Below the pieces are notes generated by a model. It saw only the letters and a program-made list of their open reading frames with translations, was not told the origin of the DNA and made no database searches. Source: Gemmatimonadota bacterium (GTDB taxonomy: Bacteria > Gemmatimonadota > Gemmatimonadetes > Palauibacterales > KS3-K002). Taken from it: a stretch of 64,000 nucleotides of DNA. A program made the position numbers and the translations under genes. Shown piece after piece: positions 18,587 to 28,113 of this stretch. Position 1 is the first letter of the stretch; the number at the start of each line of letters is the position of its first letter. The DNA lies in contig JBDHJS010000004.1 in NCBI GenBank assembly GCA_039586795.1, forward strand, positions 1 to 64,000, in the 5' to 3' direction.

Positions 18587-19901
18587 GTTTGTGTGGTCCG
18601 ATCGCCCACACGACCTGAGCGGTGACCGTGTGGCTGGAGTTCAAACCATCGGGCTTCACATAGTTGTACTGCAGTCGCAAGAATACCCATTCGCTTTGCC
18701 ACCAGGTCACGGTCGGCACAAGCATGTAGATCTTAGGGTCGTTTCCGTAGTCATCCAGATAATCGAACCGTAGCCCGGCGATCCACTGTCGGGCGAATTT
18801 ATAATTCGCCTGCAAGTACCCTCCGTTACCTCTGAGATCGGGATCGCCATAGTTCTTGCGTGCCCAGTAATACTCGCCGCTGAGTCGGAGGTCGCGGTAG
18901 AGGGCTCGGCTCGGTGGTCGCCAACGGAGTAGGAAGAAGACGTTGTAGAGCGTCGACTCCAGGCTCGCGCCGCGATTCCGCCCGAACACACCGGCGCCGC
19001 CCAGTTCAAGATAGGTCGACGGGCTCAGGTCCCAGAAGCTCGAGAGGCTACCGAGGAACGCGATGTTCGTATTGCTGTCGTCGAATAAGGCATCGTTTGC
19101 CGTATTGGTCGCTTCCAGTCTGAGCGTCCACAGACTTGGACCGGCCGAGACAGGGGGTGCCACCAGAGACAGCCCCGTTTGGATCAGGCCGTCGTCACCG
19201 AGGAATGCGACCGTCGGCAGCGGTCGACCGACCTCGAGAAGCGCGTGCGTGTGCCAGCGATTGTAGAGGCCGAGCTGCTGGCGGAAGTGACCAACCTTAA
19301 GTCCAAGTTTGGCAGGCAGGCCGACCCAGTAGAGGTACCCCTCTTCGAGGTTGAACCCCCCGGCGTGACCTTCCTCGGCTTCGCCCTCTTCCTCCTCGAG
19401 ACCGGCGATCACGAACTCCTCCTCGTAGGAAAAGAAGATTCGCGTACGTGTATAGGGATCGAGCGCTGCCACGAATGCGAGTTCGAATTCTCGAGGAACG
19501 GCTGTCAGGTATGGGTCTTCACCGGATGGGGCCAGGTACTGCCCAAGTACATCGCCGGTGATGCTGATCTCGGGATTCTGAATACTGAGATTACGAGTGC
19601 GGCTCTGCCCGGTCGTATCTTGCGGTTCCTGCTCGCCTGCGGCGGCGCGGGCGGCGGCACGAAGCGCAGCGAGCTCATCACTCGCTTGCTTCGCCGCGGA
19701 GTCCGCGCCTTCGCCGCGGGCGAGGGCGGCGAGCAGGCTGTCGAGTCGGGCTTCGAGCTCGCGAATGCGAGCTTCGAGACTGTCCACGCGTGCTCGTGCT
19801 GCGCTATCGGGCTTCGCCTCTTGAGCCGCGAGGCGACTCGGCGTGGCGACCAAAGCCAGCGCGGTAAACGCCATGCAGGTAATGAGATATCTACGTTGCA
19901 C
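18573..19901 (-). CDS. Outer-membrane porin-like protein with N-terminal coiled coil, associated with metal uptake
   Basis: Signal peptide, coiled coil, NPEIS, E-E-L..DPY, N..H.H, C-terminal GPHKHETY; GGAG RBS before GTG 19901. Confidence 0.75.
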   Translation of the reverse strand: MQRRYLITCMAFTALALVATPSRLAAQEAKPDSAARARVDSLEARIRELEARLDSLLAALARGEGADSAAKQASDELAALRAAARAAAGEQEPQDTTGQSRTRNLSIQNPEISITGDVLGQYLAPSGEDPYLTAVPREFELAFVAALDPYTRTRIFFSYEEEFVIAGLEEEEGEAEEGHAGGFNLEEGYLYWVGLPAKLGLKVGHFRQQLGLYNRWHTHALLEVGRPLPTVAFLGDDGLIQTGLSLVAPPVSAGPSLWTLRLEATNTANDALFDDSNTNIAFLGSLSSFWDLSPSTYLELGGAGVFGRNRGASLESTLYNVFFLLRWRPPSRALYRDLRLSGEYYWARKNYGDPDLRGNGGYLQANYKFARQWIAGLRFDYLDDYGNDPKIYMLVPTVTWWQSEWVFLRLQYNYVKPDGLNSSHTVTAQVVWAIGPHKHETY

Positions 19902-20012
19902 GGGACTCCCTAAGCCTATGAACTGCAATAATTTCGACGCACGGCACATGCGGCCGCGGCGTTCGTCGAGTAACTCGGTACAGAGGTCGTCGGCGTCCGC
20001 CGACTTCAGAGT

Positions 20013-20345
20013 CTAGGAGAAACGGGGCGGGCCGCGCGCGAGCTCAAGGCGAACCGCAATGTTGTTGCGCCTGATGGGCTCGCGAACAAGCATCTTCAGC
20101 AATGGTGGCTGCGCCCTATCGATGAGTGGCCTGGTTGAAGTGACTGACCAGGGAGTCTGAAGTGTGAGAACGCAAAGGGCGTGATCGTGACTCCACGTGC
20201 AGCATTGGGCGTGCTCGGTGTCGACGTGGTGGCCGAGCTCTAAAGTCATGCGCGCGTCGAGGCTCAGCCGGGCGCCAGTTACTGCCGGCAGGCCTAGAGC
20301 GAGGACAAGTGCAACTGTAGACGGGGGTTTTCCCAAAGTTAGCAT
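20013..20345 (-). CDS. His/Cys-rich leader protein with C-terminal RGPP (DUF2946/CruR-like candidate)
   Basis: Hydrophobic N-terminus, HHVDTEHAQCC..HDHALC, ends ARGPPRFS*. Confidence 0.7.
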   Translation of the reverse strand: MLTLGKPPSTVALVLALGLPAVTGARLSLDARMTLELGHHVDTEHAQCCTWSHDHALCVLTLQTPWSVTSTRPLIDRAQPPLLKMLVREPIRRNNIAVRLELARGPPRFS

Positions 20346-20353
20346 GACGAATT

Positions 20354-20383
20354 AGAATACGCGTCGAGCCTGATGAGTGTCAA
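20354..20383 (-). promoter_or_regulatory. Sigma70 promoter, probably giving a leaderless mRNA
   Basis: TTGACA-N18-TATTCT, 8 nt before ATG 20345. Confidence 0.65.
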
Positions 20384-20469
20384 GAAATCCGGTTGCTGAG
20401 CGGTTCATCGCGCGTATCTTTGGCGCCATACGCATACACCCGTTGGCCCGACATGTTTCGGAAACCAAG

Positions 20470-21288
20470 ATGATCTTGCTCACAGCTCATATCGCGATCA
20501 ACGCAATATCGCAGGGCGCTGTCGATAACCCGGCGTCGTTTGTCACAGCCCTATTCTTCGCAGCGCTCACGGCAGCCGGGATGTTGACCGGGGTTTGGAT
20601 CGTCCGGCGGTTCGAAAGTTGGGCGATACAGCATACGGGTGAGCTCATCGCTTTCGCTGCGGGCTTACTGGTGTCTGGTGCTCTGCTGCATCTGATTAGT
20701 CGTTCGGTGGAATTGGTCGGCGCGGGAAACGGACTGGGATGGGCGGTTGGCGGCTTTCTGGGATTCTACCTTCTCGAAGCCCACTTCATTCCTCACGTGC
20801 ACGCGCGTGGAGATTCACCGATCGATGATCATGCGCACGATCACGACCATCACACTCTCGGACCGATGGTCGTCATCGGCCTTGGAGTTCATTCCATCGT
20901 TGACGGCGTCTCTGTGGGCGCCGGACTGTCCGCAGGTACTATCATCGGCTCGGTAGCGTTGATCCTCGTCGTCGTTCACAAGCTCCCCGTTGGCATAGCG
21001 GCCATGTCGGCTCTCTACCATAGTGGGGTACCGGGGCATCGGGCGGCCTGGATCACGGCAACGCTGGCGAGCGTTACACCGATCGCTGTACTGATCAGTT
21101 ACTTCGCCTTCCGAGACGTGACGGAAAGCACGCTTGGCATCCTTCTCGGCCTTGCCGGAGGTTCCTTCCTATACGTTGGAGCTGCAGATCTTCTGCCGGA
21201 GGGGCAAGCGCGCGGACGCGTTACCAATACATCGATGTTCCTCTTCGGAGCGATCCTTATGGCGCTCATTAAGTTAGCCGCCCACTGA
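20470..21288 (+). CDS. ZIP-family metal transporter
   Basis: FAAG, His-rich loop HAHDHDHH, HSIVDG, HKLPVG, GSFLYV..DLLPE; start uncertain. Confidence 0.9.
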   Translation: MILLTAHIAINAISQGAVDNPASFVTALFFAALTAAGMLTGVWIVRRFESWAIQHTGELIAFAAGLLVSGALLHLISRSVELVGAGNGLGWAVGGFLGFYLLEAHFIPHVHARGDSPIDDHAHDHDHHTLGPMVVIGLGVHSIVDGVSVGAGLSAGTIIGSVALILVVVHKLPVGIAAMSALYHSGVPGHRAAWITATLASVTPIAVLISYFAFRDVTESTLGILLGLAGGSFLYVGAADLLPEGQARGRVTNTSMFLFGAILMALIKLAAH

Positions 21289-21310
21289 TTCCGCTTCGGT
21301 ATTTGTTCAA

Positions 21311-21339
21311 TTGACGCTTCGCTCTTCACGCATTAGAAT
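21311..21339 (+). promoter_or_regulatory. Sigma70 promoter of the ncRNA
   Basis: TTGACG-N17-TAGAAT. Confidence 0.8.
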
Positions 21340-21345
21340 ACTTCC

Positions 21346-21513
21346 AAGCGAAAGAAGGCCGCAGCGACCCATTCTTGAGCCAACACGAGAATGTGCGGGC
21401 TTTTCTTCTTCGCTCGACGCCATGCCCCTTGGGGAAGGCGGAAAGTTGGAGAGAAAGTACCACAAGGTTGCAGTAGGGCTTCATTGAATGCCCTGCGGTC
21501 TGGTCCCTTCGCT
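21346..21513 (+). ncRNA. ssrS: Probable 6S RNA
   Basis: About 170-nt standalone unit between promoter and terminator; ends pair (agcgaa/ttcgct, ggccgcag/ctgcggtc, cattc/gaatg, tgagcc/ggcttca) into a rod with a central bubble. Confidence 0.75.
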
Positions 21514-21549
21514 GTCGGCCCCCGATTCCCTCGGGGGCCGGCTTTTTTT
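21514..21549 (+). terminator. Rho-independent terminator
   Basis: gtcggcccccga-ttccc-tcgggggccggc then T7. Confidence 0.9.
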
Positions 21550-21679
21550 GTGTGTTCACACGCCAAAAACAAGTGCCAACTGGCATCAAGCCCCCCGATC
21601 TTCTAAGTTAGGGCGATTCCGGCGCAATCATGGAACTTCGGGGCGTTGTGCCTCGTTTTTATGTAGGATTTGCTACTAT

Positions 21680-22093
21680 ATGCCGATCGTACGGGTCACC
21701 CGCCGGCTCCACTTCAGCGCTGGCCATCGCCTGCACAACCCGGAGCTCTCAGAAGTCGAGAATCGGGAAACGTATGGGCTATGTAACAACCCGAGTGGAC
21801 ACGGGCACAACTACGGGCTCGAGGTGACGCTACGTGGAGAAGTGAATCCGCGGACGGGGTATGTGTTTGATCTGAAGCGACTGAAGAAACTGGTCGAGGA
21901 GTCCGTGCTCGGTGACCTCGATCATGCAAACCTGAACGTGGATGTCCCGTGGCTGAAGGATGTAGTACCGACGGCGGAGAACGTAGTGGTTTGTATTTGG
22001 CGTCGGTTGGAGAGCGTTCTGCCAGCAGGGTCGTTGGAGAGCGTTGTGTTGAAGGAGTCGGAGCGCAACCTGGTCGAGTACCGGGGAGAGTGA
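21680..22093 (+). CDS. 6-pyruvoyl-tetrahydropterin synthase family (CX5HGH type)
   Basis: [29 protein letters not shown]. Confidence 0.92.
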   Translation: MPIVRVTRRLHFSAGHRLHNPELSEVENRETYGLCNNPSGHGHNYGLEVTLRGEVNPRTGYVFDLKRLKKLVEESVLGDLDHANLNVDVPWLKDVVPTAENVVVCIWRRLESVLPAGSLESVVLKESERNLVEYRGE

Positions 22094-22103
22094 CAGTAAG
22101 AAG

Positions 22104-22682
22104 ATGGGTGACGGTTCATCTAGCGAGCTAAGGGGCCTGGTCACTCAGCTGTTGAAGCAGTTGGGTGAGAACCCGACCCGCGATGGGCTGCAGAAGACGC
22201 CGGAGCGGGTTGAGCAGTCGCTGCGCTGGCTGACGCGTGGCTATGATATGACGGTCGAGCAAGTCGTCGGCGACGGCGTATTCGAGGCGGATCACGACGA
22301 GATGGTGATCGTAAAGGACATCGAGCTGTACTCGATGTGCGAGCATCATCTTCTTCCGTTCTTCGGGAAAGCGCATATCGCGTATATCCCAGACGGAAAG
22401 ATCGTTGGCTTCAGCAAGCTTCCACGTGTGGTCGAGGTATACGCGCGGCGCTTGCAGGTACAGGAGCGGCTGACGGACCAGATTGCCTCCGCCATCCATG
22501 ACGTGCTGCAACCGATGGGCGTCGGTGTTGTAATCGAGGCGGCGCATCTGTGCATGATGATGCGTGGCGTTGAGAAGCAGCACTCAAAGACGATCACGAG
22601 CGCTGTGCGCGGGCTATTCCGAAGTGACCCGCGGACACGTGAGGAGTTTCTGCGGCTCGTTGCCTCGCAGACGCTGATTTAG
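22104..22682 (+). CDS. folE: GTP cyclohydrolase I
   Basis: [30 protein letters not shown]. Confidence 0.97.
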   Translation: MGDGSSSELRGLVTQLLKQLGENPTRDGLQKTPERVEQSLRWLTRGYDMTVEQVVGDGVFEADHDEMVIVKDIELYSMCEHHLLPFFGKAHIAYIPDGKIVGFSKLPRVVEVYARRLQVQERLTDQIASAIHDVLQPMGVGVVIEAAHLCMMMRGVEKQHSKTITSAVRGLFRSDPRTREEFLRLVASQTLI

Positions 22683-22701
22683 TTGTCAGGGCACGGGCGA
22701 A

Positions 22702-23415
22702 TTGTCTGAAAAACGCATCGCGCTGACTGGCGCTACGGGTGGAGTTGGGGTAGCCGTCGCCAGGCGGTTGGCGGCGGATGGTTCTAGGCTGGCGCTCATC
22801 GGCCGACGGACCGAGCCGCTGGCGGAACTGGCGAAGGAGCTCAGTGCGGGCTTCATCGCCGGCGATCTGACTGACGGGCAGTTTGTCGAGGGAGTATCGG
22901 GTGCACTGGAGCGTCTTTGGGGGAGCCCGCCTGACGTCCTGGTCAACAACGCTGGCGAGTTCAGTATTGCCCTCATCACGGAGACCGATCCGGAGGTTTT
23001 CGAGCGAACATTGGCGGTCAATCTGAAGGCGCCGTTCGCGCTCACGCGAGCGGTGCTGCCTGACATGCTGAAGCGCGGCTCGGGCCACGTGATCAACATC
23101 GGATCGATTGCGGGCCGCGTAGGTTTTGGCGGAAACGCGGCATACTCGGCATCGAAGTTCGGCCTTCTCGGCCTTCACAAAGTGCTGGTCGAGGAGTTGC
23201 GGGGAACAGGTGTGAAGACGACATGGATCGAGCCGTCGGCGATCGACACGCCGCTGTGGGATGCACTCGATCCTGACAACCGGCCGGACCTGCCATCGCG
23301 ATCGGAAATGCTGAGACCGGAGTCGGTTGCGGAAGCGGTGAGTTTTGTGGTCGGTCAGTCCAATGACGTAAACATCGAGGAGTTGGTTATCCGGGCGAAT
23401 CCGCGAACTGGATGA
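22702..23415 (+). CDS. Short-chain dehydrogenase/reductase
   Basis: TGATGGVG, NNAG, YSASK. Confidence 0.92.
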   Translation: MSEKRIALTGATGGVGVAVARRLAADGSRLALIGRRTEPLAELAKELSAGFIAGDLTDGQFVEGVSGALERLWGSPPDVLVNNAGEFSIALITETDPEVFERTLAVNLKAPFALTRAVLPDMLKRGSGHVINIGSIAGRVGFGGNAAYSASKFGLLGLHKVLVEELRGTGVKTTWIEPSAIDTPLWDALDPDNRPDLPSRSEMLRPESVAEAVSFVVGQSNDVNIEELVIRANPRTG

Positions 23416-23436
23416 TATTCCCCGGGATGCCCAGGA

Positions 23437-24684
23437 GTGAAAATGATCCTTCAACATCTCAAGAAGTTTCAGAAGATTACCGCCAGCAAAGAAGGCGTGA
23501 CGCGACTCGGCTTCTCCGAGTGGGAAGACAAGGCGCACGCGGCGGCGGCGCAGCTGTTCAGCCGTAGCCGAAAGATCAAGCATATCCGCGACAAGGCTGG
23601 CAACTCGTTCATCGTGAACGGTGAACCCAAAGGCAAGTACGTGGTAATGGGATCTCACCTGGATACGGTGCCCAATGGTGGTTGGCTGGACGGCGCGTTG
23701 GGTGTGGCGGGCGCTCTGTCGGCGATGCAGAGGATACTCAAGAAGCACCGAAACGCGCCGGTGGCTGTGGTTATTTGGGCCGATGAAGAGGGTTACCGGT
23801 TTGGCAATGGGCTGTGGGGTTCGCGGGCGTTCGCCGGCCTGGTGAAGCCCGAAGAGTTGCTGCAGCTACACGATGTGGATGGGATGAGCCTTGCGGACTT
23901 GCTGGCCGAGTTGGGTTTGCAGAAGAAGCCAAGGCGCAGCAGAGAGACGGGAGAGCTTGTGGTGAAGTTCGACTACAAGCCACCGATCGAGTTCGCATCG
24001 TATCTCGAGGCCCACATCGAGCAGGGTCGGAAGTTGATAGATGCGGGAAAGCGGGTCGGCCTCGTGACACAGATCGCGGGTATCCGACGCTGGCGCCTCG
24101 AGAGTATGGGCGAAATGAACCACGCAGGCACGACGCCGATGCGAGAGCGACGCGATGCTCTGGTTCCCATCTCGGGTATGGTCGGCCGACTGCCGCAGCT
24201 GGTGCGAGGCGTCGAGGACGGCGTGATCACGTGTGGAGCAATGGGCGTCACGCCGGGTGTTGCGAGCGTGATACCGGATCGCGCGTGGGCCATCGTCGAG
24301 CACCGGGCGGGCACCGAGCGGGATCAGGATGAGATCGCTCGGCGTCTGAAGGAGCTGGTCGCCACCACCGGGCCGCGCGCGCCCGGCGTAGGGCTGGAGA
24401 TGATACCGATCTCGGCCGTGCGACCGACTCAGATGTCCGAAGAGGTGACGACCGCTGTCGAGGCGATCTGCAAGAAATCGACCGTCGAGCATATGCGCAT
24501 GGTGTCGATGGCCGGACACGACGCGATGAACGTCGCGCGGGTCGCGCCTGCCGGACTCTTCTTCATCCCAAGCCTGCGAGGCATTAGTCATCGCCCAGAC
24601 GAGGATTCGCGCAAGGAGGACATCAAGCTTGCCGCTGACATTCTATACAAGTGGGCGCAGGCTGAATTAGCGCGTGTTCTTTGA
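23437..24684 (+). CDS. M20-family Zn amidohydrolase (allantoate amidohydrolase/carbamoylase-like)
   Basis: GSHLDTV, DG, EEG, HIEQG, HAGTTPM, GHDA, SH. Confidence 0.9.
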   Translation: MKMILQHLKKFQKITASKEGVTRLGFSEWEDKAHAAAAQLFSRSRKIKHIRDKAGNSFIVNGEPKGKYVVMGSHLDTVPNGGWLDGALGVAGALSAMQRILKKHRNAPVAVVIWADEEGYRFGNGLWGSRAFAGLVKPEELLQLHDVDGMSLADLLAELGLQKKPRRSRETGELVVKFDYKPPIEFASYLEAHIEQGRKLIDAGKRVGLVTQIAGIRRWRLESMGEMNHAGTTPMRERRDALVPISGMVGRLPQLVRGVEDGVITCGAMGVTPGVASVIPDRAWAIVEHRAGTERDQDEIARRLKELVATTGPRAPGVGLEMIPISAVRPTQMSEEVTTAVEAICKKSTVEHMRMVSMAGHDAMNVARVAPAGLFFIPSLRGISHRPDEDSRKEDIKLAADILYKWAQAELARVL

Positions 24685-25312
24685 GCTGACCGACGTTCTC
24701 GTTTGCCCGCGCTGCGGGCCTGAACACGGTCTGGTGCTGCTGGTCGAGGAGGTTCGCGACCGCCGAGTCCGACGAGGCTGGTTGGGTTGCTCGAACTGCC
24801 GCACCGACTTCCCGGTAGATGAAGGCGTGGCCTTCCTTTCGCTGAATTCGGATGCCGAAAGGACGGTCCGGAACGCGTTTGAAGAAGATGAGCTGGCGCT
24901 GAAGTTGCTGGCCCTTTCCGGACTGTCCGACAGACGTGGCGTGTTCGTCCTGGGCGAGCGTCTGGCGCACGTTGCTCCGCGGCTTGGGCAGCTCGCTCCG
25001 GAACTGGAAGTCGTGTCGATCGGGACCAGCGATGAGTGTGACGCGTTCGAAAACGTCAGTCAGATCGTCTGCGACGCGAGCTGGCCTCTTGTCGGCGGGC
25101 GAATCGAGTGCGTGGCCATAGCAGCGGGCGGCGACTCCGAGCGGGTGGCGATGGCAAGTCAACGCGTCGGAAGCGGCGGACGATTGTTGCTCTTCGATGC
25201 CCGGGAAGAAGACGTCGATGAGGCGCGGCGCAGCGGCCTGGATATACTCGCGGCCGAGGCAGGCACGGCGGTCGCCGAGAGGCGGCGGAGCTCTCTGCCC
25301 ATCGTGGGTTGA
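24674..25312 (+). CDS. Trm112-like Zn-ribbon protein with a degenerate methyltransferase-like C-terminus
   Basis: LVCPRC..LGCSNC..FPVDEGV. Confidence 0.6.
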   Translation: MFFELTDVLVCPRCGPEHGLVLLVEEVRDRRVRRGWLGCSNCRTDFPVDEGVAFLSLNSDAERTVRNAFEEDELALKLLALSGLSDRRGVFVLGERLAHVAPRLGQLAPELEVVSIGTSDECDAFENVSQIVCDASWPLVGGRIECVAIAAGGDSERVAMASQRVGSGGRLLLFDAREEDVDEARRSGLDILAAEAGTAVAERRRSSLPIVG

Positions 25313-25405
25313 GCGCCACCGTCGGGAGAAGCGCGAGTAATTGCGCGCTTCCATGGGCAGCACTACCATGACTTCTCAAGTGCCCACTCCTCAAGGAGGG
25401 TCCCA

Positions 25406-25648
25406 ATGAAGCTGAATGCGACCGCTTTTGGCCTCGCGTGTGGATCGGTGCTCGGACTCGCGGGCTTCGCGGCAACGTTGTTGTCACTGTGGCGTGGTGG
25501 CGGGTACACGATCAGCACGCTCGCCGGAGCCTATTTCGGCTACAGCTGGAGCTTCGTAGGTGCTTTGCTCGCACTGGTTTGGGGCCTGATCTACGGTTTC
25601 ATCTTCGGCTGGCTACTAGCCACGATCTACAACCGCGTTTCCGGCTAG
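25406..25648 (+). CDS. Small membrane protein
   Basis: AGGAGG RBS, two Gly-rich hydrophobic helices, ends IYNR. Confidence 0.75.
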   Translation: MKLNATAFGLACGSVLGLAGFAATLLSLWRGGGYTISTLAGAYFGYSWSFVGALLALVWGLIYGFIFGWLLATIYNRVSG

Positions 25649-25702
25649 CTGCGTGGGTCGGAAGAGGCGCATGGCTGCGGCACACTATCGAACGAAATCG
25701 AT

Positions 25703-26122
25703 ATGAGTTGGTGGCCGTTTTCGAGACGCACAAAGGGGTTGGGTGAGCCGCCCGACTATTATCGGGAGGGGCTCAAGCTGGCCGACCAGGAGAAGTATCA
25801 CGAGGCGTTAACGTCTTTTCGCCTGGCCCTTCGAAAGCGCCCGAACGACACTGAGATCATGGAGCAGATGGCGGTCGTCTACACTCATATCGGGATGCCG
25901 GACGAGGCGATACGGTATTACGAGCAAGCAGCAAAGACTGGCAGCTACTCACCGGCCGCTCACTACGGCCTGGCATTTCTCTTTCTGCGCCGCGGCGACC
26001 CTGCAAACGCGACCCTACATCTGAAAGCTTTCTTGCGTAACCCTCCGGACGGTGAGGAGGCGGCCGCGCATGTGGAGCATGCGCGACAGACCATGGAACG
26101 TCTGGAGAGCGAAGCGGAGTAG
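25703..26122 (+). CDS. TPR protein
   Basis: Tandem helical TPR motifs. Confidence 0.8.
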   Translation: MSWWPFSRRTKGLGEPPDYYREGLKLADQEKYHEALTSFRLALRKRPNDTEIMEQMAVVYTHIGMPDEAIRYYEQAAKTGSYSPAAHYGLAFLFLRRGDPANATLHLKAFLRNPPDGEEAAAHVEHARQTMERLESEAE

Positions 26123-26132
26123 GAGGAAGGCC

Positions 26133-27983
26133 TTGGCCACAGAAACGAATCCAGACGATCGGCGCATCGTCAGCACACCCGGCGACGTCCAGGGCGGCAA
26201 CATAGCGGAGCTGTTCCTCGACGCCATCGCGCAGTTCAAGAAACCCGATGCTCTGAAGTACAAGTCAGCCGGTGCCTGGCACGACATCTCTCACGCCGAC
26301 CTGTGGGAGACCGTCAGGAACCTGGCGCTCGGTTTGGAGGAGTTGGGTGCGCAGCCGGGCGACCGCGTGGCGATCTTGTCGGAGAATCGTCCGGAATGGC
26401 TGATGTCCGATTTTGCCTGCGTGCTTCGCGGCGCAATCAGCGTCCCACTCTATCCTGTTCTGCCCGCCGACCAAATCGAGTACATGCTCCAGGACTGTGA
26501 GGCGGCGGTGATCTTCGTCTCGACGGCGGAGCAGTTGGACAAGATGCGCGAGCTGAAGCCGGGTGCGCCAACGTTGGAGCACGTTGTCACCTTCGACGAC
26601 CTACCCTCTGACGAAGCCTGGATACACACCTTCCGTGAGGTCGTCGAGATCGGGAAGAAGAGGGCGCCGGGTCAGGACGATGAGGAGCTTCGCCAACGGG
26701 CGATCGACACGGACCCGCACGAGGTGCTGACGATTCTCTATACGTCGGGGACAACGGGTCGGCCGAAGGGCGTGATGCTGACGCACAACAATCTGGTGAC
26801 GAACGTCCGTGCCGCTTTGCAGAGCATAGATCTGGGGCCAGACGATGTGTCGCTATCCGTGCTGCCGCTCTCGCACATCTTCGAGCGAATGGTCGGCCAG
26901 TACACGATGTACGCTGCCGGTGTCAGCATCGCCTACGCAGAGTCATTCGAGTCGGTGGGCGAGAACTACCTTGAAGTACGGCCGACGATCATGAGCATGG
27001 TGCCCCGAGGCTACGAGAAGTTCTTCTCCCGGGTCGACCAGGCGGCACGCGAGGGAGGTCCCACAAAGCAGAGGATTCTCCGCTGGGCGATTGGCGTGGG
27101 AGGACGATGGATCGACAGAAAGTTGGCCGGCAGGAAGGTCGGGGCAGCTCTCGCTCTACAGCATGCGATCGCCGATCGGCTTGTGTTCTCGAAGCTCAGG
27201 GCGCGAACCGGCGGGCGAATGAGGCTCTTCATATCCGGCAGCGCTCCTCTCAATCCGGAGATAGCGCGCTTCTTCCTGTCCGCGGGACTCGTGATACTGG
27301 AAGCGTACGGCCTGACGGAGACTTCACCGGGGATCACGCTCAACAGGCCGGGTGAGATCAAGATCGGATCAGTAGGCCGTCCGCTTCCGGGCGTCGAAGT
27401 GAAGATCGCCGAGGACGGGGAAATCCTGACCCGCGGGCCGCACGTCATGAAGGGTTACTATAAGGACCCGGAAGCTACGGCGGCGGCCATCGACCGGGAA
27501 GGTTGGTTCCATACGGGCGACATCGGCAAACTGGACGAGGATGGCCACTTGTCGATCACGGACCGTAAGAAGGATCTGATCGTAACGGCGGGTGGTAAGA
27601 ACATCGCGCCGCAACCCATAGAGAACCGTGTTGCGTATAGCCCGTACGTCAGTCAGGTCGTGATGCTGGGAGATCGCCGGCGGTTTCCCATACTGGTTGT
27701 CGCCCCGGATTTCGATGCTCTGGAGAGTTGGGCCAGCGCCGAGGGCATCGAGTTTGCCGATCACCAGCAGTTGGTCGGCGACCCGCGGGTTCTCGAGTTC
27801 ATGGAAAGGGAAGTGCTGGTTGGACTCGCCGATCTAGCGCAGTTCGAACGGCCCAAGCGAATCGCCTTGCTGCCTCGCGAGCTTTCCATCGATATGGGCG
27901 AGATCACTCCCAGCCTCAAGATCAAGAGGCGAGTGATCGAGCAGAAGTACGCGGAGATCATCGAGCCGTTGTACGAGGAGTAG
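26133..27983 (+). CDS. Long-chain fatty acid--CoA ligase
   Basis: YTSGTTGRPKG, YGLTE, TGDIG, RKKDLIVTAGGKNIAP; AGGAGG before TTG 26133. Confidence 0.93.
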   Translation: MATETNPDDRRIVSTPGDVQGGNIAELFLDAIAQFKKPDALKYKSAGAWHDISHADLWETVRNLALGLEELGAQPGDRVAILSENRPEWLMSDFACVLRGAISVPLYPVLPADQIEYMLQDCEAAVIFVSTAEQLDKMRELKPGAPTLEHVVTFDDLPSDEAWIHTFREVVEIGKKRAPGQDDEELRQRAIDTDPHEVLTILYTSGTTGRPKGVMLTHNNLVTNVRAALQSIDLGPDDVSLSVLPLSHIFERMVGQYTMYAAGVSIAYAESFESVGENYLEVRPTIMSMVPRGYEKFFSRVDQAAREGGPTKQRILRWAIGVGGRWIDRKLAGRKVGAALALQHAIADRLVFSKLRARTGGRMRLFISGSAPLNPEIARFFLSAGLVILEAYGLTETSPGITLNRPGEIKIGSVGRPLPGVEVKIAEDGEILTRGPHVMKGYYKDPEATAAAIDREGWFHTGDIGKLDEDGHLSITDRKKDLIVTAGGKNIAPQPIENRVAYSPYVSQVVMLGDRRRFPILVVAPDFDALESWASAEGIEFADHQQLVGDPRVLEFMEREVLVGLADLAQFERPKRIALLPRELSIDMGEITPSLKIKRRVIEQKYAEIIEPLYEE

Positions 27984-28113
27984 GATCGCCCCGTAGACAG
28001 TATTTGGCAGTATTGGTAGATTCTCTACAGAAGGTGACCGGTAGAGTAACCCCCCTCCGTAACGCCACCGCGGCCAGCCAGGCCGCAGGATATCAAACAT
28101 TTTCTCAAGAAAC

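Noticed and set aside
21326..21606. Short ORFs on both strands
   Set aside because: They overlap the ncRNA, its promoter and terminator, and have no protein-like features
22594..23748. Long antisense ORFs (this one and many others in the track)
   Set aside because: Expected stop-poor shadow frames of real genes in high-GC DNA
25406..25648. Phage holin indicating a prophage
   Set aside because: No other phage genes nearby
27998..28016. Direct repeat cagtatt(t)gg as an operator
   Set aside because: Only two short copies, no supporting context
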